Of a stretch of DNA of 64,000 nucleotides, positions 37,149 to 45,907 are shown one piece after another. The position numbers and the translations under genes were made by a program. The stretch's first letter is position 1, and each line of letters begins with the position of its first letter. The stretch lies in the NCBI GenBank assembly GCA_030615205.1, contig JAUWZS010000001.1:76993-140992 (forward strand), written 5' to 3'. The stretch is from Candidatus Aenigmatarchaeota archaeon. GTDB lineage: Archaea; Aenigmatarchaeota; Aenigmatarchaeia; CG10238-14; SCSR01. The notes below the pieces were generated by a model that saw only the letters and a list, made by a program, of their open reading frames with translations, ran no database searches and was not told where the DNA came from.

Positions 37149-38456
37149 ATGCAGATTATTGCCGATTTTCACATACATAGCTATCTTAGTCGTGCAACGA
37201 GCAAGAGCATGAACATAGATGAGATTTCAAAAAACGGCAAGTTAAAGGGTTTGAGTTTAATCGGAACAGGAGATTTTACCCATCAGGCATGGCTCACGCA
37301 AATAAAAGAGAAGCTCGTGGGAAAAGAGATGGAAAGTGGCTCTGGTATTTTTGAGTTTGACGGGATGAACTGGATTCTAACATGTGAAGTTGCAACAATC
37401 TATACACAAGACAGTAAAACAAGGAAAGTACACCACGTCATTCACGCACCAAGTATAGAAATAGTAGAACAAATAAACGAAGCTCTGCAGAAATATGGCA
37501 ATTTGCAGGCTGATGGAAGACCTATGCTGACAGGGATAACATCAGCCGAGCTTGTAGAAATTTTGATGGAAATCTCAAACAAAATTTTAATTTATCCTGC
37601 GCATGCTTGGACAAGTTGGTTCGGCGTTCTTGGCGAGTTCTCTGGTTTTGACAGCTTGGAAGAATGCTATCAAGACCAGATACATCATATACACGCACTT
37701 GAAACTGGCATGAGCAGCGACCCGGCCATGAATTGGCGTGTATCAAGCCTTGATAAGTTCACTCTGCTTAGCAACTCAGATGCGCACAGTCCCTGGGTTT
37801 GGCGAATCGGCCGTGAGGCAAATGTTTTTGATCTTGACACTGACAAACTGACTTATGATACAATAAACAAAACAATAATAAAAAAAGACCCAAAGCGGCT
37901 GAAATTTACAATCGAAGTTGAGCCATCGTATGGAAAGTACCACTTTACCGGCCACCGGAAATGCGGAATTAATCTGCATCCGAAAGAAGCCCTAAAATTC
38001 GATAACAAATGTCCGATCTGCAGACGCAAGCTGACCGTGGGCGTACTGCAACGCGTGGAAAAGCTAGCAGACAGACCAGAAGGATTCAAACCAAAAAACG
38101 ATTTACTAATACCTTTCAAATCCCTGCTCCCGCTTTATGAAATTATATCGTCCGCGACTGGCGTGAACCGGCTCTATTCTAGAGCTGTAATCGAACAGCA
38201 AGATGCACTTATCGCAAAATTCGACAATGAATTTAACATATTGCTCAATGTCCCAAAAGAAGAGTTGCTCAAAGCAACGAATGAAAAAGTTGCAGAGGCT
38301 ATAATAAAAACAAGAAACGGCGAAGTTAAGTACATTCCAGGATACGACGGTGTATACGGCATTCCAGTCTTCTCCCACGAAGAATACGAGAAGCTAAAGA
38401 AGAAGCAAATTTCAAAAGCAAAAGAGCAACGAAGTTTAAAAGATTTTAAAAAGTAA
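37149..38456 (+). CDS. PHP-domain phosphoesterase with C-terminal Zn ribbon (COG1379-like)
   Basis: 435 aa. N-terminal 'IADFHIHSYLSRATS' PHP motif. 'CGINLHPKEALKFDNKCPICRRK' Zn ribbon. Confidence 0.7.
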   Translation: MQIIADFHIHSYLSRATSKSMNIDEISKNGKLKGLSLIGTGDFTHQAWLTQIKEKLVGKEMESGSGIFEFDGMNWILTCEVATIYTQDSKTRKVHHVIHAPSIEIVEQINEALQKYGNLQADGRPMLTGITSAELVEILMEISNKILIYPAHAWTSWFGVLGEFSGFDSLEECYQDQIHHIHALETGMSSDPAMNWRVSSLDKFTLLSNSDAHSPWVWRIGREANVFDLDTDKLTYDTINKTIIKKDPKRLKFTIEVEPSYGKYHFTGHRKCGINLHPKEALKFDNKCPICRRKLTVGVLQRVEKLADRPEGFKPKNDLLIPFKSLLPLYEIISSATGVNRLYSRAVIEQQDALIAKFDNEFNILLNVPKEELLKATNEKVAEAIIKTRNGEVKYIPGYDGVYGIPVFSHEEYEKLKKKQISKAKEQRSLKDFKK

Positions 38457-38473
38457 AGTCCAATCAAATATAC

Positions 38474-38575
38474 GGGCCTGTAGTCTACTGGTAGGATGCC
38501 ACCCTCACACGGGCCACGAAAGCAACCTGAGCTCTAAGAACGGTGGAGAACGTGGTTCAATTCCGCGCAGGCCCA
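38474..38575 (+). tRNA. tRNA-Val (anticodon CAC inferred) with about 29-nt intron
   Basis: GGGCCTG...CAGGCCC-A acceptor. Anticodon stem CCACC/GGTGG with loop CTCACA. T-arm CGTGG-TTCAATT-CCGCG. 102 nt total. Confidence 0.65.
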
Positions 38576-38675
38576 TCTCAAATTCAAGAATCTTATATGA
38601 AATTAGTAAATTTGTTCGTCCATAATTTTGTTAGTATGTCTACTTAGAATAAGTCTTAAAGATTTTACCGATAGT

Positions 38676-39656
38676 TTAAGGCGATGGCATTGTTGGTGTT
38701 GGGCTTGTTGTTGTAGTTGTTTCTTCTGTAGTGGTAGTTGTCTCTCCACTTATGTATATAGATTTCAAAACTTTTATGCTAGTCGTGCCGTCCAAGAAAT
38801 AATTATAGCTTAATTCTATTTCTACTGGGATGGTTGTGTACGAATCAATATATGGTAATGTGAATCTGCAAGGAATCGACTTTTTACCGGTTCTAGGAAG
38901 TCTGTAATCGTCCTCTCCATTTCCTTCACATTTCCCACCGTTGACCTCTATCTTATCCACAGTTATCGTCATATCACTTTCCTCGCTTTTATATGGTTTC
39001 CCTTGACCAATGTTGCTGACTAGAATTGTAATCGAAGCCTGCTGCCCCTCACCCCTATAAATCAATGGTCTTGCTAATCCAGCCAATGCAACCTTAATTG
39101 GAGCGTTTGTTACAGAAAAAGTTTCTATTCCAGAGGCTCTCATGATTGTTTCTGCGTCCTCTGGGTTGCTTCTCAAATAATCATTGTTATATATTTTTAT
39201 ATTTGCTAGAGCAGTTGTACTATAAGAGTAATTTAGTCTCACACTGGCAGTATAAGTATTATCGACTTTTAGACCTACTGGAGATTTAATACCCCACTGC
39301 GCATCACCAACGCCACCCGGAACTTTATATTCTGGCTGACTTTTTTCAAGAAAGCCTATAGTTTTAGTCCTTTTAGCTATGTCATCCCAATCGGTTCCAG
39401 TCCAGTCTGTTCCCAAGCCAAAGATCTTAGCTCTAACATTTGTAGCGTCTTCTCCTCCAATATTTTCAACAGTTAAAGAAAATGTTACCTCATCCTCAGA
39501 AAATATTTCAGACATGTCTGGAGCGAAGCTCTTAATAATAACACCTGTAGATATTCCCCCTTCACCTACACCGATTCCGGGTAGTTCTATACATCCTGAG
39601 AAAGCCACTACCACAACAAATAGTGATGCTAATAGAACCAAGGTGTGTTTTTTCAT
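38676..39656 (-). CDS. Secreted surface protein with lipobox-like 'SGC' after the signal peptide and Thr/Pro-rich C-terminal tail
   Basis: 326 aa. 'MKKHTLVLLASLFVVVVAFSGCIELPG' at the N-terminus. C-terminal 'ETTTTTEETTTTTSPTPTMPSP'. Paralog of 39731-40849. Confidence 0.6.
   Translation of the reverse strand: MKKHTLVLLASLFVVVVAFSGCIELPGIGVGEGGISTGVIIKSFAPDMSEIFSEDEVTFSLTVENIGGEDATNVRAKIFGLGTDWTGTDWDDIAKRTKTIGFLEKSQPEYKVPGGVGDAQWGIKSPVGLKVDNTYTASVRLNYSYSTTALANIKIYNNDYLRSNPEDAETIMRASGIETFSVTNAPIKVALAGLARPLIYRGEGQQASITILVSNIGQGKPYKSEESDMTITVDKIEVNGGKCEGNGEDDYRLPRTGKKSIPCRFTLPYIDSYTTIPVEIELSYNYFLDGTTSIKVLKSIYISGETTTTTEETTTTTSPTPTMPSP
38710..38740. repeat. 31-nt exact nucleotide repeat shared with 39807-39837 (encodes the EETTTT tail of both paralogs)
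   Basis: 'GTTGTAGTTGTTTCTTCTGTAGTGGTAGTTG' is present identically in both genes. Confidence 0.7.
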
Positions 39657-39730
39657 TTTTCAGACCTGCTTTTTCAAATCTACTTGATAATAATTCAATT
39701 TTAATCAATTTAAAATTATTCTTTATGTTT

Positions 39731-40849
39731 CTATGGTGGTGGTGGTGGTGGATTAGTTGTTGTAGTTGTTGGTAATGTGGTTGTTGTAGTAGTCGCTGGA
39801 GCAGTCGTTGTAGTTGTTTCTTCTGTAGTGGTAGTTGGAGATTCTTCGGGCAAAGGTTGTATCTCAAAATCTTGGGAGTTTGTATAACGGTAGGTATAAT
39901 TAAAATCTGTCCAAATCGTGGCGCTCGTCTCCGGCTCGTCGAAGCTTGGGTCACTAAAAGGAACTGACTGGAAATTGCACATGAGTTCATCTGGAATATC
40001 TATAGATCTGTCTGAAAACAAATAATCTCCATCACCGACATAAAATTGACATGGCAGCATAGTTTCATCACCTTCTTCACCAACAGATGCTATTTCTAAC
40101 GAACCTCTCAAATCCAGTCTAACCCCACTAGCTTCGATTTTCGGTTGTCTTATATTTCCTATAGAGCTACTACCAACATGCGTAAAGCTCATCTCCACTT
40201 TAAACGGACTATCGCGTACTCCCCAATATTCTTTTATTGTTTGACCGCCTTCAACTCTCTCTCCACGCTCTGGAGGTTTGAATGTTAGCTGTATTGGCCC
40301 GTAAGTTGCCGTGCTTTGAGAATATTGCGATAAAGGCGTCTTTAGAGTTACACCATCTATGATCGGTATATCCATCTTCCTAAACCCAGAATAGTCATAT
40401 TCTATATAATAAGTTATTGTGTAGGTATGTGGCCTCAATATACCTATATTGCGCACTTGTAATGTTAAAATTATCCTACGTTCACCTCCATTATCAAGTG
40501 ATTCAATTGGTCCAAATGCGCTATTTCTATCAAAAACGCAACTGCCTTCTTCCTCATCTGAGATCACTGCTTCTGTTCCATCACAATTCAATTCTTTAAT
40601 ATAAAACCCAGGAGTGTCAAACCCAATTTCTACTCTTGGCGCGGATTCTTCGCCATTATTTTTTAACACGAGCTCGAGTACTACAATTCCGCCTTCATAA
40701 GGATTCCTGTCAGACACGTAATAGTCTTCAATTGTTATTATGTCATTTTTATAAGGAAGGCTACCGCCATTTCCATTTCCATCTATCACACAACCAGAAA
40801 ATAAAACTACTAGTAAAATTAAACTCAACAGTAAAATAGCTTTTTTCAT
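39731..40849 (-). CDS. Secreted surface protein, paralog of 38676-39656 (SGC lipobox-like motif, Thr/Pro-rich tail ending in PPPPPP)
   Basis: 372 aa. 'MKKAILLLSLILLVVLFSGCVIDGNG' at the N-terminus. C-terminal 'TTTEETTTTTAPATTTTTTLPTTTTTNPPPPPP'. Confidence 0.6.
   Translation of the reverse strand: MKKAILLLSLILLVVLFSGCVIDGNGNGGSLPYKNDIITIEDYYVSDRNPYEGGIVVLELVLKNNGEESAPRVEIGFDTPGFYIKELNCDGTEAVISDEEEGSCVFDRNSAFGPIESLDNGGERRIILTLQVRNIGILRPHTYTITYYIEYDYSGFRKMDIPIIDGVTLKTPLSQYSQSTATYGPIQLTFKPPERGERVEGGQTIKEYWGVRDSPFKVEMSFTHVGSSSIGNIRQPKIEASGVRLDLRGSLEIASVGEEGDETMLPCQFYVGDGDYLFSDRSIDIPDELMCNFQSVPFSDPSFDEPETSATIWTDFNYTYRYTNSQDFEIQPLPEESPTTTTEETTTTTAPATTTTTTLPTTTTTNPPPPPP
39807..39837. repeat. Second copy of the 31-nt repeat (see 38710-38740)
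   Basis: Identical 31-mer. Confidence 0.7.
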
Positions 40850-40887
40850 TGATTAACTTTTAAACTTGGATAGATATTAATTTTACA

Positions 40888-41727
40888 ATGGTTGATATTT
40901 CAAAAATTGATATTTCACGCTTCTTCGCAAAGGAAAATTTAGATTATTTTTTAGCACCTAAGCAAACTGGCTATGACATTACAAAAACTCTGCTATATGC
41001 ACTCATTCTTGTGGTGGCTATCTATTTTATATACAAAATCCTCTACGAGAAAAACAAAGATAAATTGAAAAAATTTAAGATAAAGATAGACCAGAGGCTG
41101 GCGATTGCAGTAGCTCCGTATGTTGTTTTTGGTGGGGCGATTCGAGTTTTGCAGGACGCGGGTGTGGTTAATTCATATTTTTTCATGACGCCTGGAATAC
41201 ACATACTCGTTTTTGGAATAATTTTTTCCGCTCTGCTAGCTTCTTTTGTCTTTCAGAAAAAATTCAGCATCCCGTATTACAAAACTATGTTTCTTTTTGG
41301 TATTTTGCTATTGCCTTTCACATTGTTGCAACTCAATTTCTCAAATTTTTACGGAGCTGTACTTGTTCTTCTATTTTTCATTCCATGGGTCATTATTTTC
41401 AAATCTCCGATCTTATCAAAACTTTCTAAATGGTCTAAGGAAAATAAAATAGTCACGCTCATTCATATATTCGATGCTACCACTACGGCTGTAGCACTCT
41501 ATTTTTTTGGTTATTACGAACAGCATGTGCTGCCAACCGCTTTCATAAACATTTTAGGTCCATTTTCGTTCATACCTTTGAAAGCTGTGGCAATAATTAT
41601 TGTGCTCATTTTGATTGACAGGCTGTCGGATGATAAGGAGTTTAACAATTATTTGAAGCTTGTCATAGGAATCCTTGGCGCAGCAACGGGCTCTAGAGAT
41701 TTCATAAGCTTACTAGCAATGGTCTAA
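40888..41727 (+). CDS. Hypothetical polytopic membrane protein
   Basis: 279 aa with about 7 hydrophobic helices. Divergent from the surface-protein pair. Confidence 0.5.
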   Translation: MVDISKIDISRFFAKENLDYFLAPKQTGYDITKTLLYALILVVAIYFIYKILYEKNKDKLKKFKIKIDQRLAIAVAPYVVFGGAIRVLQDAGVVNSYFFMTPGIHILVFGIIFSALLASFVFQKKFSIPYYKTMFLFGILLLPFTLLQLNFSNFYGAVLVLLFFIPWVIIFKSPILSKLSKWSKENKIVTLIHIFDATTTAVALYFFGYYEQHVLPTAFINILGPFSFIPLKAVAIIIVLILIDRLSDDKEFNNYLKLVIGILGAATGSRDFISLLAMV

Positions 41728-42854
41728 ACATAATATTCAATCGTAAGCATCGCGTCTGCTATGGTGTAAAGCGCCTCTTCTTCGAACAGGAATGTAATTG
41801 TGTTTGTACCTTCACTTAGATACAATGGATTGCCAAACATGTCTTCACTAAGCGACATATCGAAGAATGCTAGCGGTGGTGTATCCCAATAAACAATCTG
41901 GTTACTAATCTTTATCATCATGTCTGAAAGCGGTACGTCATAGCCCCTAACCCGATAATAGAGATTGAATTGTTTGAAATTGTCGACTTCCTCCTTTGTC
42001 ATCGATATGTCGAATGTCTGAGCAAATGCACCATCGTAATCAAGACTAAACTCTGCTGCCATTATATTATATACTGTACTAGTCCAGAATTTCCAACCAG
42101 GTGAGCCGGCACTTATTGTGACAGTGTTTGATCTTTCTATCAAATCTTTTTCTATAGGGATGAAAATCTCACCTGCGCTGACTATTTTGTTATAAATTTC
42201 ATGACCGTTAATTGATACGATCAGGCTGCCGACTCGGTTCGTGTCTTCGATTATAAGATGCACGCTACCGCCAGTGGTTATTGACAATTTTTCGGCGGTT
42301 ATCAAACCTGTAAGCGCCATCGAACGGGCTGAGAAATAGCCGTTTGACACACTAACGTCTTCTCTGGAATCCAGAACATCTGCTCCTTTTGTGTAACTGA
42401 CAGAGAAATCTCCAAGAAATATTGGCCTTGTTGAAGTTTCTATTCTTTCCTCCACAACGTCCACATAAACAGAAAACCTATCCGTACCGCCACTGCTCTT
42501 TACATTCACATGACCTTTATAAATGCCCACTGATATGTCGCTTGGTATTTTTAAGGTGGTTGTAACAGTTGTGGACTCGCCTCCTTGTACATCGAAATCG
42601 TTTTTATTGAATGTCATCCACGTTGCTATCTCGCCAGATGCAGTAATATTAACAGAGGTCAAGGCCGTAGTACCATTAACTGCAAAATCGAATGTTGTTG
42701 TCTCGCCTTGATCGGCAGTTATCTCAAAATGTGTTTTGTCCAGAACTGGTGGTCCTTCAGTAGGCGTTGTCCAAGCAAACGCCAGTATGAAAATAAGAAG
42801 AACACCTGCCAGTAGCACAAATGCAAATTCATCTATTTTTGGTACAGCGGGCAC
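41724..42854 (-). CDS. Hypothetical secreted/membrane-anchored beta-rich protein
   Basis: 376 aa. N-terminal TM ('FAFVLLAGVLLIFILAF'). Thr/Ser/Val-rich. Apparent GTG start. Confidence 0.5.
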   Translation of the reverse strand: MPAVPKIDEFAFVLLAGVLLIFILAFAWTTPTEGPPVLDKTHFEITADQGETTTFDFAVNGTTALTSVNITASGEIATWMTFNKNDFDVQGGESTTVTTTLKIPSDISVGIYKGHVNVKSSGGTDRFSVYVDVVEERIETSTRPIFLGDFSVSYTKGADVLDSREDVSVSNGYFSARSMALTGLITAEKLSITTGGSVHLIIEDTNRVGSLIVSINGHEIYNKIVSAGEIFIPIEKDLIERSNTVTISAGSPGWKFWTSTVYNIMAAEFSLDYDGAFAQTFDISMTKEEVDNFKQFNLYYRVRGYDVPLSDMMIKISNQIVYWDTPPLAFFDMSLSEDMFGNPLYLSEGTNTITFLFEEEALYTIADAMLTIEYYV

Positions 42855-43211
42855 AGCAACACCTAATCTTACACCAATATCTAATTTTACAGCAACATCT
42901 AATCCTTAATTATCTTTTGAAGAAATTAAAATGTTTTATTTTTCAGTTTTTACGCGTCCATATGGGCAATGTTTCCAATTATCTTCCTTCTCGTCTTTTA
43001 AGACTAGTAACGTATCCAGCAATTACGTTCCTCAGCTTTTTCGATTTTATGTCTATAAGGCTTTTTATTACTTCTTTGTTTTTCGAATAATCAAGAGTAA
43101 ACTTATCTTTGTTTTTTTCGTAGAGATTCTTCCCAATCCGCTTAATAAAAGAGGTTTTTATGTTTCCCATATAATCACTCGAACTCTTAATCACTCGATT
43201 CACTCTTAGAA

Positions 43212-43784
43212 TTAGGGCGTAATTCTCTGAACAAGATAATATGTGACATCCGATTCGGAATCGATTACAGCCCAAAGCATCGTTGCTCGTATGTTGTGTG
43301 CAAGCCTAACAGCGCGTGAGAGCTCAGGCAAAGAAAATGCAGCCTCTTCAGCAACCGCATGCACAATCCACTTCGTGTGTTCGCGTGGTGTTTTCGGACC
43401 CCGTTTCAACTTGACTCCTCGGTCGTAAACACGAAAATGAGTCCCAAACTTGAAACCTGTTTTGACAAGATATCCACGCTCGCGTAGATCACGGTAGACC
43501 GCGTATTGCGCTTGGAATTGTGGAATAGCATTAACAGCAAATTCCATTAGCTTCTCGAATTTGAGTGTCATCTTTCTGGTTTTCTTTTTAACAAAAATCT
43601 TTATTTTTCCCTTTTCTAGAAGATAAAGAGCTTCAGTCAACTCAAGTTCAATCCTGTTCGGTTTTGTTTCGGGTAGCGGCTTTCCATACCCAGATTCATC
43701 GTATAGACTAATGGCTGACGGGTCCCACATAACTACTCTGTTTTCCAGCAGCTCACCTTCCAATATTTTTTCTTTTCCAGCCAT
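43212..43784 (-). CDS. endA: tRNA-splicing endonuclease (EndA)
   Basis: Likely start at internal 'MAGKEK' (ATG at 43784), about 191 aa. 'YAVYRDLRERGYLVKTGFKFGTHFRVY' and 'KWIVHAV' catalytic-domain signatures. Confidence 0.8.
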   Translation of the reverse strand: MAGKEKILEGELLENRVVMWDPSAISLYDESGYGKPLPETKPNRIELELTEALYLLEKGKIKIFVKKKTRKMTLKFEKLMEFAVNAIPQFQAQYAVYRDLRERGYLVKTGFKFGTHFRVYDRGVKLKRGPKTPREHTKWIVHAVAEEAAFSLPELSRAVRLAHNIRATMLWAVIDSESDVTYYLVQRITP

Positions 43785-43863
43785 GTTTCTGCACCTTTTC
43801 CTAATTTTTATTCTTGTTTTTGAATCATAAATTGATTGCAAAGAATTTAAAAGGAATCCAGAA

Positions 43864-43958
43864 TGGGACAGGTGGGGTTTGAACCCACGACACATCGGTC
43901 TTCAGCCGATTGCTCTCATACCCTCTTTTTTTAAAGATCCAGGCTGAGCTACTGTCCC
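43864..43958 (-). tRNA. tRNA-Phe (anticodon GAA inferred) with about 22-nt intron in the D-loop (non-canonical)
   Basis: Reverse complement: GGGACAG-TA-GCTC-AGCCTGGA[TCTTTAAAAAAAGAGGGTATGA]GAGC-A-ATCGG-CTGAAGA-CCGAT...GTGGG-TTCAAAC-CCCAC-CTGTCCC-A. D-stem GCTC/GAGC is only restored after removing the insert. Confidence 0.65.
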
Positions 43959-44075
43959 TTATTGCTCCACCCTTTAATCTTTAATACTTTTATTAATTTA
44001 TTTTGTTTTGTCTGATTATCAAATCCTATTTCTTTATAGAAATTTACTAAGGATTTAAATCTTTTTATTTTTAAC

Positions 44076-44798
44076 CTATCGTCCCTTTTTTCCAAACCTA
44101 TATCTTAACCCTTCTTTAATGATAAAAAGAAATATACCAGCAACCATACGTATGCCACGTTTGACTTCGCTTTTATGCTTGTATGTGACTTTTATAGGAA
44201 CTTGTTTTATTATTAGGTTTTTTTGAATTGCATATGATAGAAGAGCGTTTTCTATAATATAACCTCCTCCAAGCGCATCTTTCACAAGCCCTGCTGATTT
44301 CTTTGTCATCGACATGAATCCGCAGTTGGTATCTTTTAAGTTCGTGCCAAAAAGAATATTAAAACCAGTCCTCCATACAAAGTTTCCAAGCCTATGCCTA
44401 AATGGAACTGCCGACCAGTTCCTGAAACCGGTCACAATATCCGCTTCTCCTCGTTCTAGTGGCCTAACCAGTTTTTGGGCTTCTTCTGGATAATATTGCA
44501 TGTCCGCATCTATAAAAACCAGATTTTTTACTTTTGGTAGCTTTTTTAAAACATATTCTATACCTGCTTTAATCGCCCCTCCTTTGCCTTTGTTGGATGT
44601 ACGTCGTAAAACAATAGCGCCGCTTCTTTTAGCGAGCTCTCTGGTCCGATCTTCAGAATTATCATCCACAACAATCGGTATGAGATTGGATTTCTTTGTC
44701 CTTTTCACGACTTCAGCTATGTTTTTTTCTTCGTTGTAAGCCGGTATTATTGCACAATTTTTTGCAATATTTTTCATAAAACCTAATTGATGCATCAT
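44076..44798 (-). CDS. Glycosyltransferase family 2 (dolichyl-phosphate sugar transferase-like)
   Basis: 240 aa. 'IIPAYNEEKNIAEVV...IVVDDNSEDRT' and 'FIDADMQ' DxD. Confidence 0.8.
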   Translation of the reverse strand: MMHQLGFMKNIAKNCAIIPAYNEEKNIAEVVKRTKKSNLIPIVVDDNSEDRTRELAKRSGAIVLRRTSNKGKGGAIKAGIEYVLKKLPKVKNLVFIDADMQYYPEEAQKLVRPLERGEADIVTGFRNWSAVPFRHRLGNFVWRTGFNILFGTNLKDTNCGFMSMTKKSAGLVKDALGGGYIIENALLSYAIQKNLIIKQVPIKVTYKHKSEVKRGIRMVAGIFLFIIKEGLRYRFGKKGR

Positions 44799-44821
44799 TC
44801 TATTAAGTGTTTGTGGCAGAC

Positions 44822-45901
44822 TTATGGTAGGAATTCCTTATTTTTAATTTTTTGTGGCAGGTACTTTTCTGTCATGAACCTCAGACCACGGCCGGACAGA
44901 GCCTCCAGCTCTGCTTTCCTCTTCCCTTTTATCAGCAACTTTAGTTCTTTCTGCCATGCCGGATGCTGGAACCACTTGTATTTCATCATATCTTTTGCGC
45001 GTTTGATGTCCACGTCTCTTGTCTTTATTGTGAAATCTTTAAGGCCAAATTTCTCTATGTCTGAAATGGTCAGACCAATATACCTCGCATGAGGCGTCCC
45101 AAGCCTGTCTGATACATGCGCAAGTGACATTGAACCGAATTTTATAACAGAATATATGTACCAGCCATATGGGTCAGAGTCGCAAAACACATATACTGGA
45201 AGCTTGAATTCGTTTGAAAGACGTTGTATCAATCTTCTTACTCCGCGCGCAGCCTGTCCTTGTGCTCCGATCAAAACGCAATTGTGTTTTTTCCAAAACT
45301 TGTCCTCGTGCAACCTCTCAAATGCTGCGTTCTTTTCTACGACAAGAATATATTTTGCATTGACTTTTTTAAATTTAATATCTTCTATGTTACTTGGAAT
45401 TGCATAACCTCCAGATCCAAGCTTAGCTAAATTGACAGTATCCCCTCTATCAAGAATAGTGACATTCCCCACAGCTCGACCACGCACATCAGCACTCAGA
45501 TGCAACTGTTCACGTAGCACATCCAAAGCAACCTCTAGATCAATAACTATCGGATCGCTCTCGCGCTGCTCGTCAAAAGTATTTTCATCTGAATTGGATA
45601 TGGTATGTTTCAAGTTGTAATACATGTCTCTCAGGCTCGTGTGTATTTTCTCATTCAGGAGCTCTTTGCAGAATGCAGCTACCATCATAGTTTGCATGAA
45701 TTTTTTAGCATGAGCGACATTGAAGAAGAAGCGCTTGGACACTTTGTCTCCTAATGTTAATGACTTTGTCTTCTCATCATATACGACATTCGACAAGGAG
45801 CGTATAGGTATCTCTATTTTTGGGTTCTTTTTTTGCTTGATATCTTTCAAAACATCTTCTCCCAATCCAACTAGCTTTTTTTCAGTTCTCTTTTTCGGCA
45901 T
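44822..45901 (-). CDS. top6A: DNA topoisomerase VI subunit A (Spo11 family)
   Basis: 359 aa. Winged-helix region with catalytic Tyr context and Toprim 'YVFCDSDPYGWYIY'. Confidence 0.9.
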   Translation of the reverse strand: MPKKRTEKKLVGLGEDVLKDIKQKKNPKIEIPIRSLSNVVYDEKTKSLTLGDKVSKRFFFNVAHAKKFMQTMMVAAFCKELLNEKIHTSLRDMYYNLKHTISNSDENTFDEQRESDPIVIDLEVALDVLREQLHLSADVRGRAVGNVTILDRGDTVNLAKLGSGGYAIPSNIEDIKFKKVNAKYILVVEKNAAFERLHEDKFWKKHNCVLIGAQGQAARGVRRLIQRLSNEFKLPVYVFCDSDPYGWYIYSVIKFGSMSLAHVSDRLGTPHARYIGLTISDIEKFGLKDFTIKTRDVDIKRAKDMMKYKWFQHPAWQKELKLLIKGKRKAELEALSGRGLRFMTEKYLPQKIKNKEFLP

Positions 45902-45907
45902 TATTTT

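Noticed and set aside
42856-42920. Imperfect direct repeat ACAGCAACA(C/T)CTAATC upstream of the 41724-42854 gene
   Set aside because: Only two degenerate copies in an AT-rich promoter region, indistinguishable from chance without comparative data.
42979-43275. 98-aa minus-strand ORF overlapping the endA 3' end
   Set aside because: It overlaps the well-supported endA CDS at its start and has no motif. At best a shorter internal-start version (about 64 aa, basic) could exist, but there is no evidence.
43785-43895. N-terminal extension of the endA ORF (start at 43895)
   Set aside because: The extension (MCRGFKPHLSHS...) is not EndA-like and runs into the tRNA-Phe gene region. The internal ATG at 43784 gives a typical EndA N-terminus.
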